The position numbers were made by a program, and so were the translations under genes. A DNA stretch of 9,578 nt from an uncultured archaeon (GTDB lineage: Archaea; Iainarchaeota; Iainarchaeia; Iainarchaeales; 0-14-0-20-30-16). Below the pieces are notes generated by a model, which saw only the letters and a list, made by a program, of their open reading frames with translations, was not told the origin of the DNA and made no database searches. Shown here piece after piece: positions 1-5,832 of this stretch; the first letter of the stretch is position 1, and each line of letters starts with the position of its first letter. The stretch lies in contig CAZQQS010000012.1 in NCBI GenBank assembly GCA_964595665.1, positions 1 through 9,578 of the forward strand, written 5' to 3'.

Positions 1-45
1 GTCTTAAATCTTTTACAAAGTGTCATGAACTATAAGTTCAAGTCA

Positions 46-92
46 CAGTCTACCCCAAAGAAAACTGTATGTTTCACTTCGTTCAAGCATAC
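46..92. repeat. Intergenic hairpin element, copy A (core GTATGT-N14-GCATAC at 67-92)
   Basis: The 26-nt core at 67-92, GTATGTTTCACTTCGTTCAAGCATAC, matches 8483-8508 at 22/26 positions. Its arms form 6 bp (5 Watson-Crick plus 1 G-U). The upstream flank CAGTCTACCCCAAAG resembles CCGTCAGCCAAAAG ahead of copy C. The functional strand is unknown. Confidence 0.5.
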
Positions 93-153
93 ATAATGAG
101 ATAATATATTTTTACAGCATTATATATATAAATATACGGGTTTTTAATATTTT

Positions 154-873
154 ATGAAGAATAAAGAATTTTTTTATAGACAATACGATAAAATTAATTG
201 GGAAAAACAAGAAAAAACTCGAATAAATGTAAATATAAATGATTTTATTTTAAAAGAAATTATTTCTCAAAGTAAAAATAAAACTTTGAAAATATTTGAT
301 ATAGGTTTTGGTATAGGCATATTTTTCGAACAATTACAAAAGTTAAGTAATAAATATTCTATTTGTGCTGAAGGTTGTGAACCATCAGAAAAGAACTATG
401 ATTATTTTTCTAAGAATTTTAAACTAAAAAATAAAAAGCTTAAATTAAAAACATACAGAAAATCTTTTTTTGAAACAATTACAAAATCAAAATATGATTT
501 TATTGTTTCTGTATATAGTTTTCCACACATATTATTTGGAGATTTGGATGCTACTATAAAACAAATTAGATCTATGCTTTTACCTGGGGGAAAATTTGTT
601 TTAGCAGTTGCAAATGAAAAATATATTAAAAGCAAATTAAAATTAAAAAAAGATTTATTTATTGAATCTTGTTTAGTTAAGTATAAAGGTAAGGAATATT
701 CTGAAGTTTTACATTATACTGATATTCCTGAAATTGGAAAAGTTATTGATTATAATAGAGATGAACAATTATATTTAGATTTATTTAAGAATAACAAATT
801 TAAATTAGTTTCAAGAAAAGATTTTAATGATCATGGATTTATTTGCACTATTTTTGTTTTTGGAAAAAATTAG
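154..873 (+). CDS. Class I SAM-dependent methyltransferase, substrate unknown
   Basis: 239-aa ORF with a glycine-rich SAM-binding motif I (KIFDIGFGIGIF) and a later PGGKFVLAV strand typical of Rossmann-fold methyltransferases. The A/T tract tatatatataaatata (about 121-137) sits about 25 nt upstream of the ATG, consistent with a leaderless or near-leaderless archaeal transcript. Confidence 0.7.
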   Translation: MKNKEFFYRQYDKINWEKQEKTRINVNINDFILKEIISQSKNKTLKIFDIGFGIGIFFEQLQKLSNKYSICAEGCEPSEKNYDYFSKNFKLKNKKLKLKTYRKSFFETITKSKYDFIVSVYSFPHILFGDLDATIKQIRSMLLPGGKFVLAVANEKYIKSKLKLKKDLFIESCLVKYKGKEYSEVLHYTDIPEIGKVIDYNRDEQLYLDLFKNNKFKLVSRKDFNDHGFICTIFVFGKN

Positions 874-881
874 TTGATGTT

Positions 882-1292
882 ATGGATTGGGAAGTATATT
901 TAATAAAAGAATATAAATATTGGAAATTGTATTTGCATATTAATCAATATTATTTGGGCAGAGTTCATGTTTGGGCTAAACGTGAAGGTTTATTGGATTT
1001 AATGAACATAAATAAAGAAGAACAAGAGGAATTATTTCAAATTGGAAAAGAAGCAAATAAGGCATTAAAAGAATTATTTAATTATGATTTAATGAGTTAT
1101 ATTGTGCAAGGACAAAAAACACAACATTTGCATGTTCATTTTATTCCTAGATATAAAGAGCCGCGAACATTTAATGGAATTAAATTTGTTGATGAACAAT
1201 GGGGTAAAAGTTATTCTCCATATAATAACGATTTTGATATTTCTTTAGAAACCAAATTAAAATTAGTTGAAGAAATAAAAAAAGTAATTTAA
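882..1292 (+). CDS. HIT (histidine triad) family nucleotide hydrolase/transferase
   Basis: Histidine-triad motif HLHVHFIPR, with the preceding core YWKLYLHINQYYLGRVHVW typical of HIT proteins. I prefer ATG 882 (MDWEVYLIKE...) to the ORF-track TTG at 843, which would overlap the methyltransferase by 31 nt and add a non-conserved extension. Confidence 0.75.
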   Translation: MDWEVYLIKEYKYWKLYLHINQYYLGRVHVWAKREGLLDLMNINKEEQEELFQIGKEANKALKELFNYDLMSYIVQGQKTQHLHVHFIPRYKEPRTFNGIKFVDEQWGKSYSPYNNDFDISLETKLKLVEEIKKVI

Positions 1293-1816
1293 TTTTTCTT
1301 TACACTTTTGCATTTGGCATTTGGAGTTATAATTCTTTTTTGATCTGGGAATTCTATTTTAGAATAATCGTTTAATTCGTGCAATAAAATACCTAAAGCA
1401 GCAACTTCAGAATGAGGTTGATTTGTAATTGATAAATTTACGTCTGCTAAATTATAAATTTCAGTTGGCACTTTTTGTGAGCCAATTATAATTAAAATTG
1501 GTTTTTTATCTTTTTCTAATTTTGGTTTTTGTTTTAAAAATTCTTTTAAATCTAAACCATACATAGTTAAATGAATTATATAATATTTAGATTTATTTTT
1601 TTCTAAAAAATCCAAATAGTTTTTTTTGTATTCAACAGGGAATTCTCCACCCCATTGTTTGCAAATATCTTTTACACTTTTTTCAAAATGGTTATCTTCT
1701 TGGCCACAATAGTATATTTTATTGCAACCAAAAGCTCTTGATACTAAAGCACAGTGAGTTGTTGTTCTTTTGTCTCTATCAATTCTATGCCCAAATCTAA
1801 AAATAGTAATATCCAT
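1289..1816 (-). CDS. trm56: tRNA (cytidine56-2'-O)-methyltransferase, archaeal Trm56 (SPOUT family)
   Basis: [39 protein letters not shown] and [17 protein letters not shown] match the conserved blocks I recall for Pyrococcus aTrm56 ([49 protein letters not shown]). I chose the start at ATG 1816 ([10 protein letters not shown]...). The track's extension to 1873 reads through a GC-rich hairpin and has no homologous counterpart. Confidence 0.8.
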   Translation of the reverse strand: [175 protein letters not shown]

Positions 1817-1924
1817 ATTATCACAAAAAATCGTAAGTCTCACTTCGTGTGCCTTTACGATGCCATATCGCAAACAGGATTTGCTTTAAGTCATTTTAAG
1901 TTGTCCTTCAGACACCTTTAAAAA
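1817..1924 (-). other. GC-enriched structured spacer: candidate trm56 5' leader or small ncRNA
   Basis: 36/90 G+C (40%, hand count over 1831-1920) against about 20-30% in flanking coding lines. On the minus strand there are three hairpins: GgTGTC-TGAAG-GACAaC; GCAAA-TCCTG-TTTGC; and ATCGTAA-N18-TTACGAT followed by a T-run, located 8 nt before the trm56 ATG. No TATA-like box lies within 30 nt of that ATG. Confidence 0.3.
1830..1861. repeat. Hairpin element, copy B (ATCGTAA-N18-TTACGAT; loop shares TCACTTCGT with copy A)
   Basis: Perfect 7-bp stem (1830-1836 / 1855-1861). The loop gtcTCACTTCGTgtgcct contains the same 9-mer TCACTTCGT (1840-1848) found in the loop of copy A (74-82), in the same plus-strand orientation but with a different stem sequence. 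Confidence 0.4.
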
Positions 1925-1995
1925 TGCAGTCGCCGGGATTCGAACCCGGGTTTACAGCTTGGAAGGCAATCGTCCTACCACTAGACTACAACTGC
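1925..1995 (-). tRNA. tRNA-Gly (anticodon UCC)
   Basis: Manual cloverleaf, 71 nt: acceptor GCAGTTG/CGACTGC (one G-U) with discriminator A; D arm GTCT-AGTGGTA-GGAC; anticodon arm ATTGC-CTTCCAA-GCTGT (one U-U mismatch; anticodon TCC flanked by T33 and A37); 4-nt variable loop AAAC; T arm CCGGG-TTCGAAT-CCCGG. No CCA is encoded, and TTTTT follows immediately on the minus strand (1920-1924). Confidence 0.9.
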
Positions 1996-2002
1996 TTAAT
2001 GA

Positions 2003-2030
2003 TTTATAAAATCAGTAATATATTATTGGA
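2003..2030 (-). promoter_or_regulatory. Putative archaeal TATA-box promoter of tRNA-Gly
   Basis: The A/T tract taatatattat (2016-2026) is centred about 26 nt upstream of the mature tRNA 5' end (1995). A second TTTATAAA (2003-2010) is probably too close to the tRNA to be the TATA box. Confidence 0.35.
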
Positions 2031-2050
2031 TAGCAAGATTTAAAAATCAA

Positions 2051-2968
2051 TTATCTTCTAACTATTCTTTTAAAAAAATCTCTTCTTGAGAATTCTGGTT
2101 CTTTTCTTGGTTTTGCTTTAGGCAATTTAATTGGCCTATCTAATCTAGGCAATTCTAAAGTTTTTTGAGTTAAATTCCAAGTTTTTCCATTAAAATCAAA
2201 TCTTAATACCCTAGGGATTTCTTCGGTAACTACGTGTAAATCCATGTTTTTATCTCGGAGATAAAGCACTGCTTTTCCAGGAGATCTTAAAAAATCTTGT
2301 AACATAGCGTGATTAGGTCTAAAATCATAAATTAATATTGTTGGTCTTTTACCAGTTTCTTGAATTAAATCTCTTGCAATAGCATCAAACTTTATTGAAT
2401 TAATTGCATCTCTTATGTCTGCTGAACGCATCGATATTAGAAATTCTTGACTAGTTGCAATATCTTTTCGCATAAATTCTTGTAATTTAGATCTTTTTCC
2501 GGGCATTTCAATACTTAATGTTTGTAATAAAGGCCATAATTTAAATAATACAAATGAATCAAAACCCATTCTAATTCCTCTTGTTATAAATTCTCTTCTG
2601 GTTACAGGTTTTTTTGTTAGTTCATTAATATTAATTCCTAAATCTATTGCTAAACCAGTAGACAATATTATTCTTAATAGATCTTCTAAACGATTTTGGC
2701 TCATTTTAGGTGAAACATCTGTTGTAAAAACAGGTAAGGGCTTAGTTCTTTCTAATTCTTTAAATAATGGATTAATTGATTTTAATCTAGCTCTCATATC
2801 GTCAACAGTGTTACCTATAGGTTCAGATGTTCTTGTGCCTTGTTCTAAAATTACAGCATCACTTTCTTTTATCCATCTTTGTATATCTTCTGTAGTTTCA
2901 TTATGAAAAATAGAATAAACTACAATATATCTTGCATTAGCATTTTCGACAATTCCCCATGAAGCCAT
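2051..2968 (-). CDS. Hypothetical protein, 305 aa; very tentative TraB/GumN/Tiki-like fold
   Basis: Long uninterrupted ORF that fills the whole gap between flanking features, with an A/T TATA tract about 24 nt upstream of the ATG. N-terminal YIVVYSIFHNETTEDIQRWIKESDAVILEQG and C-proximal RDAINSIKFDAIARDLIQETGKRPTILIYDFRPNH loosely parallel the TraB-family blocks (GTAHVS...PDVVAVEL and RD..MA...VVAVVGAGH). This rests on memory only. Confidence 0.6.
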   Translation of the reverse strand: MASWGIVENANARYIVVYSIFHNETTEDIQRWIKESDAVILEQGTRTSEPIGNTVDDMRARLKSINPLFKELERTKPLPVFTTDVSPKMSQNRLEDLLRIILSTGLAIDLGININELTKKPVTRREFITRGIRMGFDSFVLFKLWPLLQTLSIEMPGKRSKLQEFMRKDIATSQEFLISMRSADIRDAINSIKFDAIARDLIQETGKRPTILIYDFRPNHAMLQDFLRSPGKAVLYLRDKNMDLHVVTEEIPRVLRFDFNGKTWNLTQKTLELPRLDRPIKLPKAKPRKEPEFSRRDFFKRIVRR

Positions 2969-3029
2969 AATAATATAGAGTTAGTTTTATATATAAATAC
3001 TTATTATTTAATTAAGGCAAAGGGATAAC
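2969..3029. promoter_or_regulatory. Divergent promoter spacer (orphan gene on the minus strand, trkH on the plus strand)
   Basis: 61-bp spacer dominated by the near-symmetric A/T tracts ttttatatataaata (2985-2999) and ttattatttaatta (3001-3014). The first is centred 24 nt from the minus-strand ATG (2968). The second is centred about 22 nt from the trkH ATG (3030). Confidence 0.4.
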
Positions 3030-4469
3030 ATGTTACATTACGGAAGAGAAGATCTAAAAGTTATTTTTACTAATTTAAGTGTATTGTTAAATGCCAGCTC
3101 ATATATTTTTTTGTTGCCGATTTTAATGATTTTTATTTACCAAGAGCCTAGATTATACATTATAGTTTATTTAATTTTGGCATTAGTTATGCGATTATTT
3201 GCAAAATTAATTAAAACTAGCCCTAAAATAAATATTGAAAGAAGGCACGCAGTAGTTACTGTAATTTTATTTTGGATTATTTTTGGTTTATTTGCGAGTG
3301 TGCCGTTTATTGCAATTGAAGGCCACAATTTTATTAATGGTTTTTTTGAAGCAATTTCTTCAATGTCGAGTACAGGAGTATCTATGTTTGCAAGCCAGGA
3401 TGCTTTGGCGTATAGTTCTTTATTCTGGAGATGTTTATTAGAATGGTTTGGAGGTATAGGTATTGTTGTTTTGGCAATTATGGGTTTGTTTATGACTTAT
3501 AGTAATTTTAGGCTTTTTGCAGAATCTGAGGGTCATAATGAAAAAATTACTCCAAATGTGAAAAAAACTTTTACTATTTTTATATTATTATATTTAGCAT
3601 TTACTGCTTTTGGAATTATAGCTTTAAGAATTGCGGGTCTGCCTTTATTTGATTCTGTGTATTATACTTTGTCTTCTATATCTGCAACTGGTTCTGATAT
3701 GACTAATGCGGGTATTTTGGGTTATAGTAATGTAATTTTTGTTCTATTTATTTTATTGTTTCTTATGTTTTTGGGAACCACGAGTTTTATTACGCATTAT
3801 AGAGTATTTATTTCAAAAAACTTAAGAGAATATTGGAAAGATAAATCTGTAATTTATATTTTTATGGTTGGAATATTTTTCTTCTTTTTTATAATGTTAA
3901 AATTTTCTAAATTTGTTCCGTTACATACTTTTGCAACTGTATTTTCTTCAGGTATGGGAGGTATGTCTTTATATATTGCTGAAGTTAATAATTTATTTCC
4001 AGATTTAGTTAAAGGAATTTTAATATTTATGATGTTTGTTGGAGCATCTACTGCATCTGCAGGAGGTGGAATAAAAAGACAAAGATTATTAATTATTTTA
4101 AAAACAGTGTGGTGGAAAACAAAAACTTTTCTTTTACCAAAAAATGCAGTTTTCTCAAAAAAGTTTAATAATATTATTGTAGAAGATAAAATAATTTTAG
4201 AAGTTCTAGGCTATGTTTTAATTTATGTTCTGTTTATTATTTTAGGAACTTTTGTTTTTATGGGTTTAGGGTATAATGGAATAGATTCTTTATTTGAGGT
4301 TACTTCTCATCAAGGAAATGTAGGAATAAATGTTTTTGTTGATTATAATCTGCCGGTTATAGGTAAAATAATGTTAATAATTAACATGCTTGTAGGAAGA
4401 TTAGAAATAGTACCTGTTTTAGTACTATTTGGTTTTATATTTAATATTCGCTTAAAGAAAAAGGAGTGA
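3030..4469 (+). CDS. trkH: Trk/Ktr-type K+ transporter membrane subunit (TrkH/KtrB family)
   Basis: 479-aa polytopic hydrophobic protein with four pore-loop-like glycine motifs spaced as in TrkH/KtrB: SSTGVS, SATGSD, GMGGMS and SAGGGIKRQR. It is followed by, and translationally coupled to, a TrkA-like RCK protein. Confidence 0.85.
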   Translation: MLHYGREDLKVIFTNLSVLLNASSYIFLLPILMIFIYQEPRLYIIVYLILALVMRLFAKLIKTSPKINIERRHAVVTVILFWIIFGLFASVPFIAIEGHNFINGFFEAISSMSSTGVSMFASQDALAYSSLFWRCLLEWFGGIGIVVLAIMGLFMTYSNFRLFAESEGHNEKITPNVKKTFTIFILLYLAFTAFGIIALRIAGLPLFDSVYYTLSSISATGSDMTNAGILGYSNVIFVLFILLFLMFLGTTSFITHYRVFISKNLREYWKDKSVIYIFMVGIFFFFFIMLKFSKFVPLHTFATVFSSGMGGMSLYIAEVNNLFPDLVKGILIFMMFVGASTASAGGGIKRQRLLIILKTVWWKTKTFLLPKNAVFSKKFNNIIVEDKIILEVLGYVLIYVLFIILGTFVFMGLGYNGIDSLFEVTSHQGNVGINVFVDYNLPVIGKIMLIINMLVGRLEIVPVLVLFGFIFNIRLKKKE

Positions 4470-4477
4470 TTAAAATG
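4463..4477 (+). promoter_or_regulatory. Stop-in-Shine-Dalgarno coupling junction GGAGTGATTAAAATG (trkH stop, trkA start)
   Basis: GGAG lies at 4463-4466, the trkH TGA at 4467-4469 sits inside the SD-like GGAGTGAT, and after an 8-nt spacer the trkA ATG is at 4475. The arrangement at 6270-6284 is nearly identical. Confidence 0.6.
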
Positions 4478-5098
4478 TATATTGTAATTGTTGGTGCTGG
4501 AAAAATTGGATACTCATTAGCTAAGTTGCTTTTGGAAGAAGAACATGATGTTATTATGGTTGAAAAGGATTCAATTAAAACACAAAAAATTGTTGATGAA
4601 TTAGATATTGTTTGTATAACTGATGATGCTACTAAAGATGGGGTATTAGATAGTGCTAATGTGCATGAAGCTGATGCGGTTATTGTGTTAACTGGTTTTG
4701 ACGAAATTAATTTAATTGTTGGAATGTTGGCAAAAGAAAAAGGTGCAAAAAAAGTTGCAATTAAATTATCTAAAACAAATTATGATAATAAAATTTTGAA
4801 TAAAATGGGTATTGATTTAGCAATACATCCTGAAGCTGCAGCTGCAAATTATATTGAACAAGTTATTGCTAAACCATCAATAGTTGATTTAGTATTTTTA
4901 TCGCACGGAAATGCAGAGATTGAAGAAATAGTAGTAAAGAAAGATTCTCATTATATAGACAAAAAGGTAAGTGAATTAAATAATGATAATCATAGAATTA
5001 TAGCTACTTTTGAGAAGGATAAATTGGTATTTCCTAAGGAAAACTATGTTTTAAAAGAAAATTCTCGAATATTGGTTATAATTAAAAGGGAAAAATAA
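4475..5098 (+). CDS. trkA: Trk/Ktr K+ uptake regulatory subunit (RCK: TrkA-N plus TrkA-C domains)
   Basis: N-terminal Rossmann dinucleotide-binding motif IVIVGAGKIGYSLAKLL...VIMVEKD, and a C-terminal TrkA-C-like region (EIEEIVVKKDSHYIDKKVSEL...RILVI). I prefer ATG 4475 to the track's GTG 4466, which lies inside the SD. Confidence 0.85.
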   Translation: MYIVIVGAGKIGYSLAKLLLEEEHDVIMVEKDSIKTQKIVDELDIVCITDDATKDGVLDSANVHEADAVIVLTGFDEINLIVGMLAKEKGAKKVAIKLSKTNYDNKILNKMGIDLAIHPEAAAANYIEQVIAKPSIVDLVFLSHGNAEIEEIVVKKDSHYIDKKVSELNNDNHRIIATFEKDKLVFPKENYVLKENSRILVIIKREK

Positions 5099-5104
5099 AG
5101 ATGA

Positions 5105-5152
5105 TTTATAAAGATTTTGTATAAATATTATATATTACATTTATGGTGGTGA
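5105..5152 (+). promoter_or_regulatory. Putative rps8e promoter (TTTATAAA) and Shine-Dalgarno (GGTGGTGA)
   Basis: TTTATAAA lies at 5105-5112. GGTGGTGA at 5145-5152 is 4 nt upstream of ATG 5157 and is complementary to the archaeal 16S 3' end as I recall it (..GAUCACCUCC). Confidence 0.4.
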
Positions 5153-5156
5153 ACTA

Positions 5157-5597
5157 ATGTTAGTAACAAGAAAATCAAAAAGAAAGCCAACTGGAGGCTT
5201 AAGACATTCATTAAAGAGAAAGAATAAAACATTATCTCAATTAGCTAATCCTGCAACTTTAACAACTATAGCTAATACTAAAGAAGTTAGAAAAGTTTAT
5301 AGAGGAAAAGGTGCTAATAAAAAAGTAAAAGCAGTAGCTATAACTAATGTTAATTTAGTTTTAGATAAAAAAATTGTAAAAGCAACAATTAAAAGTGTAA
5401 AGAAAAATTTATCTAATAGAGAATATACTAGAAAAAACATAATTACAAAAGGTTGTGAAATTTTAGTATCTTATAAAGATAAAGAATACTTAGCAAAAGT
5501 AACTTCAAGACCAGGTCAAGATGGTGTAGTTAATGCTGTAACACTAAGTGTTTTTGAAGATGTTAAAGAAAAAAAACCAAAAGCAACTAAAAAATAA
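5157..5597 (+). CDS. rps8e: 30S ribosomal protein S8e
   Basis: N-terminal RKSKRKPTGG and C-terminal REYTRKNIITKGCEI...VTSRPGQDGVVNAV closely match archaeal S8e (YARRNIITKGAII...VTSRPGQDGVVNAV in Methanocaldococcus, from memory). The family is specific to archaea and eukaryotes. Confidence 0.9.
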   Translation: MLVTRKSKRKPTGGLRHSLKRKNKTLSQLANPATLTTIANTKEVRKVYRGKGANKKVKAVAITNVNLVLDKKIVKATIKSVKKNLSNREYTRKNIITKGCEILVSYKDKEYLAKVTSRPGQDGVVNAVTLSVFEDVKEKKPKATKK

Positions 5598-5636
5598 AGG
5601 TAGTTATCTACTTTTATTTCCATTTTTTTATTTTTT
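5596..5636 (+). terminator. Putative terminator after rps8e: hairpin plus two oligo-T tracts
   Basis: AAAGGTAG-TTAT-CTACTTTT forms an 8-bp stem (one G-U) at 5596-5615, followed by T7 (5623-5629) and T6 (5631-5636). Oligo-T is the known archaeal termination signal. Confidence 0.45.
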
Positions 5637-5762
5637 AATTAATTGTTAAACTAAATCTTTAACTATTATTAAAATCCAAATCTATTTTTTAATTTATTAT
5701 AATAATTATTTTACTCTTATATTCTTATACTGAAATAGTTAATTGTTATGCCTAAACGCACC

Positions 5763-5774
5763 CCTTTATAAAGG
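5763..5774 (+). promoter_or_regulatory. Putative TATA box of the nrdR-nrdJ operon (CCTTTATAAAGG)
   Basis: Perfect 12-bp palindrome with core TTTATAAA at 5765-5772, preceded by a G/C-richer, BRE-like cgcacc. The expected TSS is about 24-27 nt downstream (about 5793-5796), leaving a leader of about 38 nt before ATG 5833. Confidence 0.45.
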
Positions 5775-5781
5775 TTAATTA

Positions 5782-5797
5782 TATCTAAATATAGTGT
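5782..5797. promoter_or_regulatory. Candidate NrdR box 1 (TATCTAAATATAGTGT)
   Basis: 12/16 match to the NrdR-box consensus acaCwAtATaTwGtgt as I recall it. The right half is perfect and the left half weak. It lies between the TATA box and the predicted TSS. Confidence 0.45.
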
Positions 5798-5812
5798 TTT
5801 AGAAATATTAAA

Positions 5813-5828
5813 ACACAACAGGTTGTGT
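5813..5828. promoter_or_regulatory. Candidate NrdR box 2 (ACACAACAGGTTGTGT)
   Basis: 13/16 match to the consensus. It is the core of a perfect palindrome, AACACAAC-AG-GTTGTGTT (5812-5829). Its centre is 31 bp from the centre of box 1, and it ends 4 nt before the nrdR ATG. Confidence 0.5.
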
Positions 5829-5832
5829 TGAT

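Noticed and set aside
1-26. Possible minus-strand gene start (ATG at 26-24, MTLCKRFK...) running off the left edge
   Set aside because: Only 8 codons are visible, there is no convincing promoter or SD, and it overlaps the 26-40 hairpin. It cannot be supported from this window.
402-635. 77-aa ORF on the minus strand
   Set aside because: It lies entirely antisense within the well-supported methyltransferase gene. Its sequence is low-complexity, Phe/Lys/Ser-rich and typical of shadow frames in AT-rich DNA, and it has no recognisable motif.
843-881. TTG-initiated N-terminal extension of the HIT gene (MHYFCFWKKLVDV)
   Set aside because: It overlaps the methyltransferase 3' end and has no counterpart in HIT proteins. 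The ATG at 882 gives a typical length of about 136 aa.
1817-1873. 19-codon N-terminal extension of trm56 (MRYGIVKAHEVRLTIFCDN)
   Set aside because: The Trm56 homology I recall begins right at [10 protein letters not shown] (ATG 1816). The extension coincides with a perfect 7-bp hairpin followed by a T-run, which looks non-coding.
1817-1924. C/D-box or H/ACA guide sRNA between the tRNA and trm56
   Set aside because: I found isolated CUGA and AUGAC/GUGAGA strings, but not a properly ordered C (RUGAUGA) / D' / C' / D (CUGA) set with terminal pairing. There is no ACA tail after the hairpin. I kept the region only as an unassigned structured RNA candidate.
2051-2968. Twin-arginine (Tat) export signal in the orphan protein (TRREFI internal, SRRDFFK C-terminal)
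   Set aside because: Tat signals are N-terminal and followed by a hydrophobic h-region and a cleavage site. These motifs are mid-protein and at the extreme C-terminus, so a Tat-substrate call is not supportable.
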